Shown here piece by piece: positions 35,274 to 45,697 of a stretch of 64,000 nt of DNA; position 1 is the stretch's first letter, and the number at the start of each line of letters is the position of its first letter. Source of the DNA: a bacterium (lineage in GTDB: Bacteria; Hinthialibacterota; Hinthialibacteria; OLB16); NCBI GenBank assembly GCA_022072055.1, contig JAJVIK010000025.1, positions 7,766 to 71,765 of the forward strand. Reading direction: 5' to 3'. The notes under the pieces are model-generated. The model was not told the origin of the DNA, did no database searches, and saw nothing but the letters and a program-made list of their open reading frames with translations. Position numbers and translations under genes: made by a program.

Positions 35274-37228
35274 GGAATCCCTGGCGCTTTCCGAACGCTC
35301 TTACCCGATCGAGTCTCACTGCTCTCGCGGCCAAGTTCCGTCAGTTCCTCGATGTCAAACTCCGCCAGGAGTCCGAAACAAAACAGCGCGGGTTGTTCGC
35401 TGTAATCGATCTCCTTTTCGATCAGCTCCTTGAGGCTCGCGAGGCCCTCCCGCGCCTCGACCTCCGCGATCCATCCCGGCTCAAGCGCCTTGGCGCACAG
35501 GGCCGCCACCTGAGTGGTGGGGCCATTCGCCATGATTCGAACCCTGTGGTCCGAAAACTCCCGTCGCGCCCAAGCCGCCGCCGCAAGGACTTGCCCGGTC
35601 TGAATTCCAAGGGGGCGTTCCCCCGCGCAAGCGACCATCTGAGCGTACTGCCACACGGCGGTCTTGCCTGGGAGACACTCCCCCATGAACAGCGGATCGA
35701 GCGCCACCACTCGCTCTCCCGCGTCGACAAGCGATCCCGCGAGGTCCGCGAGGGTGGCCTTCCCCTTGTCCGCGAGGAGCAGGGTGGTCCCCTTCGGGGT
35801 CCCCTTGGAGAGCGCCGCGACGGGAAGGGTCCACTCGCCGCCGACTCGGAGTTGAAAACTCCTTGCCTCAAGCCCCCCGATCCGCTCCTCTTTCAGTAGG
35901 GCCCCCTTCGCCTCGCCTCTCTCGAGCAGGATCGCCTTCTCAAGCCGTTTCCTTCCGCGCGCGCGCCAGCGGTCGAGACTTCCGGCGGTGGGGGGCCGAT
36001 TGGCGGGAAGGTCGGCCATCAATCCCTTGGCCAGGCTCGTGAAATTGTGATTGGACTCGGTAACTCCCATATAAAGGGTCTCGGGCGCGAGGATCTCCCC
36101 CGGGGCGTGACTCTCCTCAAGTGGGAGAGGTCGGTCCGGGACAAAGTGCTTGTTCAGGAAGGCGTACAGGGCGCGTCGATTGTCCAGGTCGTAGTTGTGC
36201 GTCCCGGGGTCGGCGTTGGCGTGGAACTCGAACGAGTCTCGCTTCCCATACAGGTCGAAAAACGGGATCAGCGGATCATAAACCGAGGGCTTGGCGCGCT
36301 CGGTCTGGAAGCAGCACTCATCCTTGTCATTGTAAAGCAGCAGGGTCGGGCGCGGCGCAAGGAGCCCGGTGAGGTGGGTGTAATCCGCCACGGTCATCAA
36401 ATTGACCGGGTTCTGCTCCAGATCGCCGATGTCCCCCTGGTTGTCCAGACGGCGCGCGAGTCCGATGTAACCCGCGTTCGGCGCGGAAAGGGTGATCCGG
36501 GTGTCCAGCGAGCTCAAGGTGATGGTCTGCCAGCCGCCCCCCGAGAGGCCGGTCATGGCCACCCGTTCGGGGTCCGCGTGGGGGTGGTCGAGCAGCGCAT
36601 CAAGGCCCCCACGCATGGCGAGGTAGAACACCGAAAGTCCCGCTCGCCCACAGAGGTCCAGATAGGCCAGGCGATTGTGCCCATACCCCTTGCCCTGGAG
36701 CTCCCCAAAGGAAAGCCATTCGGGGTGGAGGGAAACAATGCCGCCCCTGGCCAGGTGAATCATCCGGATCTGTTCGTAATCGATGGCCTTGCCGACAGGC
36801 CCCACATGGCCGTTGACATTGAGGACTACCGGAACTTTCCCCTCGAGCCTGTCCGGCTCGTACGCCACGGCGGGAATCCAGAGTCCCGGAAGCGCCTCGT
36901 AGCGGAGTTTGCGGATCCGGTATCCTCGACCCGATTCGATCACCGCCCCCCATTCCGCGCGCGCCTTCCAGCCCCTCCACTCCGCCGGACAATTCCGGAA
37001 GACCACCTCCGAAAGGACCCGCTCGCGGATTCCGGCGGCCTCGCGGTCCCAAGCCTTCGCGGTCTTGGGGAGTTCAAGCGGGGGGATCCGCTCGGCGATA
37101 AAGCGATTCAGCTCGTTGAGAGTGGTCTCCGGCTCGAGCATTGGGGCGTTCAGGCTGGAAACCAACGGGGAATTCGCCGAGGTTGAATTCAGGTAACAGA
37201 GAGCTAGAAGAGCCAGGAGTCCGCGCAT
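35213..37228 (-). CDS. Secreted alpha/beta-hydrolase (acetylxylan/glucuronoyl esterase-like) with a duplicated hydrolase-like C-half
   Basis: Signal peptide; VPVVLNVNGH, nucleophile GLSGGG and LLAPRPTLL. Confidence 0.75.
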   Translation of the reverse strand: MRGLLALLALCYLNSTSANSPLVSSLNAPMLEPETTLNELNRFIAERIPPLELPKTAKAWDREAAGIRERVLSEVVFRNCPAEWRGWKARAEWGAVIESGRGYRIRKLRYEALPGLWIPAVAYEPDRLEGKVPVVLNVNGHVGPVGKAIDYEQIRMIHLARGGIVSLHPEWLSFGELQGKGYGHNRLAYLDLCGRAGLSVFYLAMRGGLDALLDHPHADPERVAMTGLSGGGWQTITLSSLDTRITLSAPNAGYIGLARRLDNQGDIGDLEQNPVNLMTVADYTHLTGLLAPRPTLLLYNDKDECCFQTERAKPSVYDPLIPFFDLYGKRDSFEFHANADPGTHNYDLDNRRALYAFLNKHFVPDRPLPLEESHAPGEILAPETLYMGVTESNHNFTSLAKGLMADLPANRPPTAGSLDRWRARGRKRLEKAILLERGEAKGALLKEERIGGLEARSFQLRVGGEWTLPVAALSKGTPKGTTLLLADKGKATLADLAGSLVDAGERVVALDPLFMGECLPGKTAVWQYAQMVACAGERPLGIQTGQVLAAAAWARREFSDHRVRIMANGPTTQVAALCAKALEPGWIAEVEAREGLASLKELIEKEIDYSEQPALFCFGLLAEFDIEELTELGRESSETRSGKSVRKAPGIPQALFDSIRSSLRACNQKKR

Positions 37229-37297
37229 GGAAAAGCCTCCACCGGAAAGCAGTGGAGGCTTAGGCTAGCGGATCACTCGGAGGTTGCGAAGAGACCT

Positions 37298-38368
37298 TTA
37301 GCGGCCAAAGCGGTAAGGGAAATTGATTCGGGTCACCAGCTCGGTGTCGCCCTCCTCGAAGCCTCCCGCCACGGTGTGTTGAAGCCCAACCATCATCTGA
37401 GGGCAGCCGAAGACTCCACCCCAGTAGCCCATGTTGAACGACAGTCCGGTGGTCAGTTTGACCACCTCCTCGGCGTGGTCCGGTCCCTCGCTGCCGAAAT
37501 CATAGAGCTGGTCGCGCCACACCCCGCCGAAATGGAACCACAGGTGACCGGGGTCCGGCGCTCCCATGAGCTGCTCGATGTTGGTCTCGATCACCGCCCC
37601 GATGTAAGGGACATCATCCTGGGAACCGACTCCCACCCGGTCGAAAACATCCGCGTCGCCATGGGGAAACAGGCGCCCGGCATAGAGGATCCCGGCGAAC
37701 CCCCTCGGGAAATGCTTCTCCAGCTGCAGGCGGATATCCGAATCGACCCCATTTGTGGCGACATCATCATCAATCGGCCAGCCGAGGCTTCCTTGGAATG
37801 AAAGCGATGGGATGTAAGCGGTTTCCGGGATGATTCCGATTCGCAGCCCGGTCACCAGTTTGCCGAGGGCGACATCCTCGTCGAGCTCATCCACGAAAGT
37901 GAAACCCGCCGCGGTGTTGGGGCGCCCCCACGAGGAGATGTCCCCCGACAGGATGTATGCCGGCAGCTGAGCGTAAAGCTCGACCGGGAGACGAAGCCCG
38001 CCGATTTCGTTCAGGATCCCGACGCGGTAACCCAAGTTTGCATAGACCGAGTGCTCCGTGTCCTCATCGAGGTAGATCAGGGTTCCCGCCTTGCTCCCAT
38101 CCGTCCCGAAGGTTCCCAGGGAGAAATCGTAATCGAACTCTCCCGCCCGAAGGAAATCATTCGGGTACAGGAACGTGGGGTTCATGTGGAACGCATCCGC
38201 GATGTTCGAGGGGGTGAACACCGGGTCGGTGAGCAGGGCGCGGGTGTGGATCGGCTGCGGCACCGAATACCAGTCTCCGTTTCCGGCCCGGGCCCCTCCC
38301 ATGCACAGAACCATCCCCGCAAGGAGTGTCCCGGCGCGAAGCAAGCGCCTGATTCCCAAGTTCCTCAT
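37298..38368 (-). CDS. Probable outer-membrane beta-barrel protein (transporter/DUF3187-like)
   Basis: Signal ending GARA; amphipathic strands; C-terminal aromatic beta-signal INFPYRF. Confidence 0.5.
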   Translation of the reverse strand: MRNLGIRRLLRAGTLLAGMVLCMGGARAGNGDWYSVPQPIHTRALLTDPVFTPSNIADAFHMNPTFLYPNDFLRAGEFDYDFSLGTFGTDGSKAGTLIYLDEDTEHSVYANLGYRVGILNEIGGLRLPVELYAQLPAYILSGDISSWGRPNTAAGFTFVDELDEDVALGKLVTGLRIGIIPETAYIPSLSFQGSLGWPIDDDVATNGVDSDIRLQLEKHFPRGFAGILYAGRLFPHGDADVFDRVGVGSQDDVPYIGAVIETNIEQLMGAPDPGHLWFHFGGVWRDQLYDFGSEGPDHAEEVVKLTTGLSFNMGYWGGVFGCPQMMVGLQHTVAGGFEEGDTELVTRINFPYRFGR

Positions 38369-38417
38369 CTTACAGCTCCCTTCCACGAGCGGAGATCCAC
38401 CCAGCCTTTCCCGAATC

Positions 38418-39790
<1,373 letters not shown>

Positions 39791-39848
39791 TTCGGGCCAA
39801 AGGCGCCAAGGCCCTGACAGGACTCGCGGGCCAGGCGGATGATGACAA

Positions 39849-39923
39849 TGGTGACCCCACCGGGAATTGAACCCGGGCTTCAGCCTTGAGAGGGCCGTGT
39901 CCTAACCGCTAGACGATGGGGCC
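39849..39923 (-). tRNA. tRNA-Glu (anticodon CTC) with encoded CCA
   Basis: GGCCCCATCGTCTAGCGGTTAGGACACGGCCCTCTCAAGGCTGAAGCCCGGGTTCAATTCCCGGTGGGGTCACCA folds as a cloverleaf. Confidence 0.97.
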
Positions 39924-39948
39924 ACTGGGAATAACGAAGACAGCCCAA

Positions 39949-39976
39949 AGGCTATCAGCGGCGGGCCGAGTGTCAA
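39949..39976 (-). promoter_or_regulatory. Sigma70 promoter of tRNA-Glu
   Basis: TTGACA-16 nt-TAGCCT with an extended TGn, on the minus strand. Confidence 0.55.
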
Positions 39977-40107
39977 GGGTGGGGGGCGCTCCGCGCGTGT
40001 TCGTTTGGTCTTCCCGCGCCTGGCGTGATACAATCAGGTTACGCGCGCCCCGGCCGTCTGTGATCGCCCCGGGCCCTCGCAGGCGGGGGAGTTCACCCAC
40101 TGACAGG

Positions 40108-40839
40108 TCACAGGCGGTCGGGGTTTTGAAGCAACTCCTTGATGGTCATCATGAACTTGGCCGCGAGCACCCCATCCACCATCCGATGATCGGAGGAGAG
40201 GGTCAGCTTCATCCGTGTTCCGATCTCGATCCGATCCTCCACAACCACCGGAATCTTCTTGATCGAGCCCACCGCGAGGATCGCGCTCTGCGGCGGGTTG
40301 ATGATCGCGGTGAAGGAATCGACATCAAACATTCCGAGATTGGAGACGGTGATCCCGCCGCCCTGGAGCTCGGCCAGCTGCAACTTACCCGAGCGCGCCT
40401 TCTCGGCGAGTTCAACCGACTCGGCGGAGACCTGCTCAAGCGTCTTGCCATCGACCTCTCGGAGAACCGGCACGGTCAGCCCGTCATCCAGCGCCACGGC
40501 CATCCCGACATTGCACTTGTCGAGAATCTCGACCTCATCCCCCTTGAAGTAGGCGTTCACATGGGGGTGCTCTCGCAGCGCCATTCCAACCGCCTTGAGG
40601 ATGTAGTCGTTGAAGCTCAGCTTGGTTCCCTCGCCCTTCTTCTTCTCGCGATGCGCGGCGATGGGGGCCATGTCGATCTCGCCGGTCAGATAGAAATGCG
40701 GGGACTCCTGCATGCTGCTGGTGAGCCGTTTGGCGATCACCTTGCGCATTCCGGGAACAGGGTAGGTTCCCGGCTCCTTGGGGATGGTTTTCGCCGGGGG
40801 GCGACGGGGACGTTCGGGTTGGGGAGTGGATTCGGTCAT
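40108..40839 (-). CDS. 2-oxoacid dehydrogenase E2 catalytic domain only (no lipoyl or E1/E3-binding domain)
   Basis: MRKVIAKRL..S....PHFYL, NVGMAVAL..GLTVPV, ITVSNLGM, IINPPQSAILAVG and intact SDHRMVDG; 243 aa. Confidence 0.92.
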   Translation of the reverse strand: MTESTPQPERPRRPPAKTIPKEPGTYPVPGMRKVIAKRLTSSMQESPHFYLTGEIDMAPIAAHREKKKGEGTKLSFNDYILKAVGMALREHPHVNAYFKGDEVEILDKCNVGMAVALDDGLTVPVLREVDGKTLEQVSAESVELAEKARSGKLQLAELQGGGITVSNLGMFDVDSFTAIINPPQSAILAVGSIKKIPVVVEDRIEIGTRMKLTLSSDHRMVDGVLAAKFMMTIKELLQNPDRL

Positions 40840-40984
40840 GGTGTGGGGTCCTCTACGTCATGAAATAAGAGGGGCGATGGTAACGAGAAAACCGCCGTGG
40901 TTGAAGGAGGATGACCGAATTCACTTGAACTCAATGAGCGGGTCAAGGACTTGAGGGCGATCCGCTAAGGCGCCCTATTTCTAG

Positions 40985-41022
40985 TGGCGTCGGTCGGAGA
41001 GACAGCCCCCCGACCGACGCCA
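40985..41022. repeat. Strong 13-bp hairpin (REP-like or terminator) downstream of the redoxin gene
   Basis: TGGCGTCGGTCGG / CCGACCGACGCCA, preceded by CTAG. Confidence 0.6.
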
Positions 41023-41039
41023 ATTCCCATCAGCGGGAC

Positions 41040-41630
41040 TTACTTCGGGAACTTGATTCCGCAACCGAAGGCCTGAACCTCGCGGTCATCGGCGGGTATT
41101 TCTTTCCCGGCCAGGTGGTTCTCTATGGCCGAGGCGAGCAGCTTCTTGTCGATGTGCTGCGGGTCCTGGCTATCATCCAGGGGACCGTGATAGACCACCT
41201 TGCCATCCTTGCCGATCAGATAAAACTCGGGGGTCGCGGAAGCGCCGATTTTCTTGGCGGCATCCGAACCCTTATCGATTCCGACCGCGAACTTGAGGCC
41301 CTTTTCCTTGGCGTGGGTGGTCTGCTGGTCGCCGTTTTCGTTTGCGTTGGCGTTGAGCGCGATGAAGGGAACCTTGCCCTTGTGCTGCTCCGCCAGCTCG
41401 TTGATCCGCTCCTCATAGGCCAGCGCCACCGGGCAGGTGTAAGAGGTGAAGAACACGACCACGCCTTGGACCTCCTTCTTGGCGAGGGTGTCCTTGAGGT
41501 TCACCTTCGCTCCCGAGAGCAAGTCCACGGTGTCGACCGCCGGGAACTCCTGGCCCACCACATGGGTCATCTTGGCCGCCTGGGCGCTCACCGCCACGGC
41601 CAGCACCAACACCGCCGCTAGTTTCTTCAT
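41040..41630 (-). CDS. Exported thioredoxin-fold/redoxin protein (PRX-like)
   Basis: Signal MKKLAAVLVLAVAVSAQA; FFTSYTCP, ATPEFYL...G.VVYHGPLDD and AFGCGIK. Confidence 0.88.
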   Translation of the reverse strand: MKKLAAVLVLAVAVSAQAAKMTHVVGQEFPAVDTVDLLSGAKVNLKDTLAKKEVQGVVVFFTSYTCPVALAYEERINELAEQHKGKVPFIALNANANENGDQQTTHAKEKGLKFAVGIDKGSDAAKKIGASATPEFYLIGKDGKVVYHGPLDDSQDPQHIDKKLLASAIENHLAGKEIPADDREVQAFGCGIKFPK

Positions 41631-41725
41631 GTTGTTTCTCCTTGGGGATGGTTGTTTCAATTGGGCCGGACAAATGTCCGGAAGCACTCTTGTTAAACGG
41701 ACATCCCATACCCCTGTAACGACGC

Positions 41726-42538
41726 TCAGGAGGCGCCCCCAGACAGCTCCCTCGATCGCTCGCGGGCGGCCAAGACTCCGGCAATGAGGGCAGCCTCCAG
41801 CCCGGCCTTCTCCATCGCTTCGAGACCAGCCAGCGTGGTCCCTCCCGGCGAACAGACCTTCCGGCAAAGCGCTTCCGCCGTCTCGGGGGAAGCGGCCAGC
41901 ATTTCCGCCGCGCCGAGGAGGGTCTGGCGCACAAGCAAATCCGCTTGCTCTGCGGACAGTCCGGCCTCGACCCCGGCCCGAATCAGAATGTCCGCGATCC
42001 GAAACACATACCCCGGCCCGCTTCCACTGACCGCGGTGACCGCATCGAGGAGTTTCTCCGGCAGGCGCACGGTCGCCCCCACCGTGCCGAGAAGCGCCTC
42101 CGCCTCGACCAGAGCCTCGGTGGGAGTTCCTTCGCTTTCCGCGATGCCGGAGACCCCTTTTCCCAGGGTCGCCGGAAGATTGGGCATGGCTCGGACCACC
42201 CGGGTGTGTCCGCCAAGCCCTTCTCGCAAGACCGCGGTTCGGACACCCGCCAGGATCGAGATGACCGTTTGCCCCTCCCGGACCGCAGAGCGCAGTTCCG
42301 GGGCCACCGCCGGGAGGGTCTGCGGCTTGATCGCCAGCACGAGGCACTTGGCGCCGTGGGCCACCTCGACATTGGATTCCGTGACCGCGATACCGTACTC
42401 CGAGGCAAGCAAGGTCCTCCGCTCCGGCGCGACATCGCCGGCGATAATCTCGCCAGGCGTGCAGACCTGTTTGGCCAGCAGCCCCTTGATCAGCGCCGCC
42501 GCCATGTTCCCCGCACCGATGAAGCCGTATGCGCGCAT
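41726..42538 (-). CDS. proC: Pyrroline-5-carboxylate reductase
   Basis: GFIGAGNMA, LAIKPQ, RAMPN, TAVSGSGPGY and VCSPGGTT. Confidence 0.97.
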   Translation of the reverse strand: MRAYGFIGAGNMAAALIKGLLAKQVCTPGEIIAGDVAPERRTLLASEYGIAVTESNVEVAHGAKCLVLAIKPQTLPAVAPELRSAVREGQTVISILAGVRTAVLREGLGGHTRVVRAMPNLPATLGKGVSGIAESEGTPTEALVEAEALLGTVGATVRLPEKLLDAVTAVSGSGPGYVFRIADILIRAGVEAGLSAEQADLLVRQTLLGAAEMLAASPETAEALCRKVCSPGGTTLAGLEAMEKAGLEAALIAGVLAARERSRELSGGAS

Positions 42539-42540
42539 GG

Positions 42541-43578
42541 TCAGAACCCCAGCTCCCGAGCCACCAGATCCCGGTTCGCCTGAACCCACTCGTACAGACG
42601 AGCGATGCCATCCCGGGGAGTGATTGTCGGCCGCCAATCGAGCGCCTCCTCCGCGCGGCGGATGTCCGAGATGTACACCGGCTGGTCCCCAGGTCGCCAT
42701 TCGGCGTGCGTGACCGGGATCTCGCGCCCCAGAAGCTCCTCCAGCATCGGTCCGAATTCGGTCCAGATCGCCATCGCGTAACCCGGCCCGCCGCCGACAT
42801 TGAAGATTCGGCCCGCAACTTGGTCGCTCCGCTCCAACGCCGCTTTGTAAGCCCCAACAAGGTCCTCCACGTAAAGGACATCCCGGACTTGCTTGCCATC
42901 CCCATAGATGGTGATCGGCCTTCCGAAGGCGGCGGCGATCACAAACCACGCCACCCAGCCCTGATCCTCCACCCCGAACTGTCGGGTTCCGTAGATGCAG
43001 GATTGACGCAGCACGACGGTTGGGATGCCGTAAATCCGAGCATAGTCGCGCACATACTGGTCCGCCGCCCCCTTGGAGCAGCCATAGGGGGAATGGAAAT
43101 CGAGGGGGTGATTGGCCGGTATCCCACCCGGGAGATCACGGTAACGGTATCGGGTTTCGCCCTCGACCACCGCCACATCCTCCATCCCCCCATAGACCTT
43201 GTTCGTGGAGGCGTATAGGAGTGTCGGCGGTCTTGTCTGGGATCTCGCCACTTCCAGAACATTGAAAGTCCCCAAGGCGTTGATCTCAAAATCCTCGCGG
43301 GGGTGGGAGACCGAGGTGGTCACCGCCACCTGCGCGGCCAGGTGCAGAATCGCCTCAAACGGCCCACGCTTGGCCACGCAATCCCGCAAATCCCCGAAAC
43401 GGCGAACATCCCCCTCAAAAAGGGTGACCGAGAAATTCCCGGCTAGCCAATCCGCGTTGGCGCGGCTGCCGCGCCGGGAGAGGTTGTCGAACGCGGTGAC
43501 CTCATGCCCAGCCTGGGCAAAAGTGGAACAGGCGTGACAGCCGATAAACCCGGCCCCGCCAGTCACCAAAATCTTCAT
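42541..43578 (-). CDS. NAD-dependent epimerase, CDP-paratose 2-epimerase (RfbE)-like
   Basis: HLAAQVAVTTS..PREDFEINALGT, STNKVYG, DFHSPYGCSK, RQSCIYG and EDQGWVAWF. Confidence 0.88.
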   Translation of the reverse strand: MKILVTGGAGFIGCHACSTFAQAGHEVTAFDNLSRRGSRANADWLAGNFSVTLFEGDVRRFGDLRDCVAKRGPFEAILHLAAQVAVTTSVSHPREDFEINALGTFNVLEVARSQTRPPTLLYASTNKVYGGMEDVAVVEGETRYRYRDLPGGIPANHPLDFHSPYGCSKGAADQYVRDYARIYGIPTVVLRQSCIYGTRQFGVEDQGWVAWFVIAAAFGRPITIYGDGKQVRDVLYVEDLVGAYKAALERSDQVAGRIFNVGGGPGYAMAIWTEFGPMLEELLGREIPVTHAEWRPGDQPVYISDIRRAEEALDWRPTITPRDGIARLYEWVQANRDLVARELGF

Positions 43579-43763
43579 GATGGATCCTCCGGAAGAGGCT
43601 GGCATGGTGGCGAATCGGCCCGGAACTGTAAATCCCGTCGGGGCTTGAAGGGGCAAATGGGGTGTACAATGATGGGCAAGAAGCCGCTATACTTGGATTT
43701 GAAAACCGTCCACTATACCCCCTGCCCGCCTCCGCGGGGACCATTATTTGGAGAAGGATCGAC

Positions 43764-44504
43764 ATGTCACATCCATTATTTCCTAAAAGAAGCAAGAAGC
43801 GCGGTTTCACCCTCATCGAGCTGCTGATTGTCATCGCCATCGTCCTCATCTTGATCGCCATCGCCCTGCCGAACTTCCTCGAAGCCCAAGCGAGGTCCCG
43901 AGTTACGAAATCCCAGGCTGAGATGCGGACTCTGGCGACCGCCATTGAGGGGCTCCGCTCGGAGCGCGGGGTCTTGCTGATCGATTTCTGGGATGACCAC
44001 ACCACACAGGCAAACATCCGCATCAACACCAAGTTCAACAAGATCGGGCACTGGTTCCCCCCCTGCTCCATCGTGCATCCGGATCAGCGTTCCATGGCCT
44101 GCGTGTTGTATCCCCTGACCTCGCCGGTCAAGTACATCACCGAGGTTCCGCGTGACCCCTTCGCGCCGGAGCCGGGACAGTTCCGTAGCGGGAACACCGG
44201 CCACGACGAACATGTGAACTTGCCCGGAAACCAAACCTATCTCTACGCCGATCGGGATTCCGGGATTAACAGGGGGGATGGCGATTGGAACCAGACAACG
44301 TTCCCTCCGGTGCCGATTCCCGGCCAACTCCGCCCCTTGAAGATGGACGAGTTCACGCTCAGTGGGTTTGGCCCGGCGGTGGAAAAGAACCTGGATGGCA
44401 ATTCGGTCCGTCTGCCCTATGTCTATTCCCCGACCAACGGATCCAAGAGCATCGGGATGATCTACTACCGTTCGACCACCGGGTTTGGGAGCCCGAACAG
44501 CTGA
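43764..44504 (+). CDS. Prepilin-type N-terminal cleavage/methylation domain protein
   Basis: G|FTLIELLIVIAIVLILIAIALPNFLEAQ, LTSPVKYI, DPF and YSPTNGSKSIG; GGAGAAGG RBS. Confidence 0.9.
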   Translation: MSHPLFPKRSKKRGFTLIELLIVIAIVLILIAIALPNFLEAQARSRVTKSQAEMRTLATAIEGLRSERGVLLIDFWDDHTTQANIRINTKFNKIGHWFPPCSIVHPDQRSMACVLYPLTSPVKYITEVPRDPFAPEPGQFRSGNTGHDEHVNLPGNQTYLYADRDSGINRGDGDWNQTTFPPVPIPGQLRPLKMDEFTLSGFGPAVEKNLDGNSVRLPYVYSPTNGSKSIGMIYYRSTTGFGSPNS

Positions 44505-44520
44505 CGTACCGCAAAGAAGC

Positions 44521-44545
44521 AGGGGCGGAGTCACTCCGCCCCTAC
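44521..44545 (-). repeat. GTAG-type REP element whose TAG is the stop codon of the upstream gene
   Basis: Minus strand GTAGGGGCGGAGTGACTCCGCCCCT, with stem AGGGGCGGAG/CTCCGCCCCT. Confidence 0.75.
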
Positions 44546-45618
44546 TTTGTCTCCTCGCCCGCCTCTTCAAGGGTGTGCTTCGCCTCGGAGAAGGAGCTGA
44601 AGGACAAGCCCTCGATCGACATCGCCACAAAGCCGATCAGAATCACGGGCACAATCTGGAAGAAATGCGCGAGATAAGCGACCGCTGTGGCGATGGGGAT
44701 CGCGACTCCGTAGCAAATCGAAAGCGACATTTGAAATCCCAGGTGGAAGGGCCCCACATAGCCGGGAGCCTGCGGGAGTGAAACCGCGATGGCCACCAGG
44801 AAAACCACCATCCCCGCTTGCGCCCAAGAGAGCTCCACGCCGAACACGCTCCCCAGAATCTGAACGTTCAGGATCACCATCCACCACACCATCACGGTCC
44901 AAAAACCGGCGAGGACAAAATCCTTGGGGCTCCGGAACACCGCGATTCCGCCATGCAGATGATCCACCATGCGGTCGGTGAAATGGGACCAGCGGCTCCC
45001 CAGCGGACGGCTGAACACGCGCAGGAAGGCCTTCAGCTGTTCAGGGACCACGCACACGAGAACAATCCCCACCAGCGCCACGGCGAGCAGCGCCACCGAG
45101 GACTGCCGCGCCACCTCGACCAAGCCATCAAAGGTGTATTGCGTTCCGAACATATCCACCGGCCGGGCGCGGGATTCCGGGGCAATGGTGGAACCCGCGA
45201 ACCATAGCGAAAGAACCAGAAGCAAGAGCATCGCCAGCATGTCGAAGATACGGTCCGCGCCATGAAAGGCCATCGAGGTCGCCAGCGGGATCGAGTACAT
45301 CCGGTAAGGAAGGTAGACGCGAATGGCCTCACCGGCGCGCAGTGGGAGGATCGAGTTTCCCAGGAACATGATTGAGGTGATCGTGCAACTGCGCAGGAGA
45401 CTCACCTGAGGGTAGGCCGCGACAATTCGATGAAACCGAAAGCCGCGGAACACAATGTTCATCATCATGACTAGACCTGAAAGGAGAAACCAGGGCCAGG
45501 CATGGGCCTGTCCGCGAATGGTTCCGACCACCTCCCCGAAATCCACTCCTCGGAAGGTGAACACCAAGCAACCAACGCTGATGGAGATCAGAAGGCAGAC
45601 TACAATCAGTCGTTTCAT
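44542..45618 (-). CDS. Lysylphosphatidylglycerol synthase TM-region (flippase-like, UPF0104) protein
   Basis: NSILPLRAGEAIR, DRIFDML and PQAPGYVGPFH; about 8 TMs. Confidence 0.88.
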   Translation of the reverse strand: MKRLIVVCLLISISVGCLVFTFRGVDFGEVVGTIRGQAHAWPWFLLSGLVMMMNIVFRGFRFHRIVAAYPQVSLLRSCTITSIMFLGNSILPLRAGEAIRVYLPYRMYSIPLATSMAFHGADRIFDMLAMLLLLVLSLWFAGSTIAPESRARPVDMFGTQYTFDGLVEVARQSSVALLAVALVGIVLVCVVPEQLKAFLRVFSRPLGSRWSHFTDRMVDHLHGGIAVFRSPKDFVLAGFWTVMVWWMVILNVQILGSVFGVELSWAQAGMVVFLVAIAVSLPQAPGYVGPFHLGFQMSLSICYGVAIPIATAVAYLAHFFQIVPVILIGFVAMSIEGLSFSSFSEAKHTLEEAGEETK

Positions 45619-45697
45619 GAGGGATGTGAGCCGAGAGTACCGTTGAGCAAGGGATGTTGCAACCGGGATGTCTCTCCCCCACCATCCTCGCGCAGCC

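Noticed and set aside
39849-39923. tRNA-Glu as the integration site of an island or prophage
   Set aside because: No integrase nearby, no duplicated tRNA 3' end seen in the window, and the flanking genes are housekeeping.
41631-42905. Apparent 621-aa fusion ORF extending the redoxin upstream
   Set aside because: It overlaps proC and the epimerase in another frame. The redoxin has its own RBS and signal peptide at 41630.
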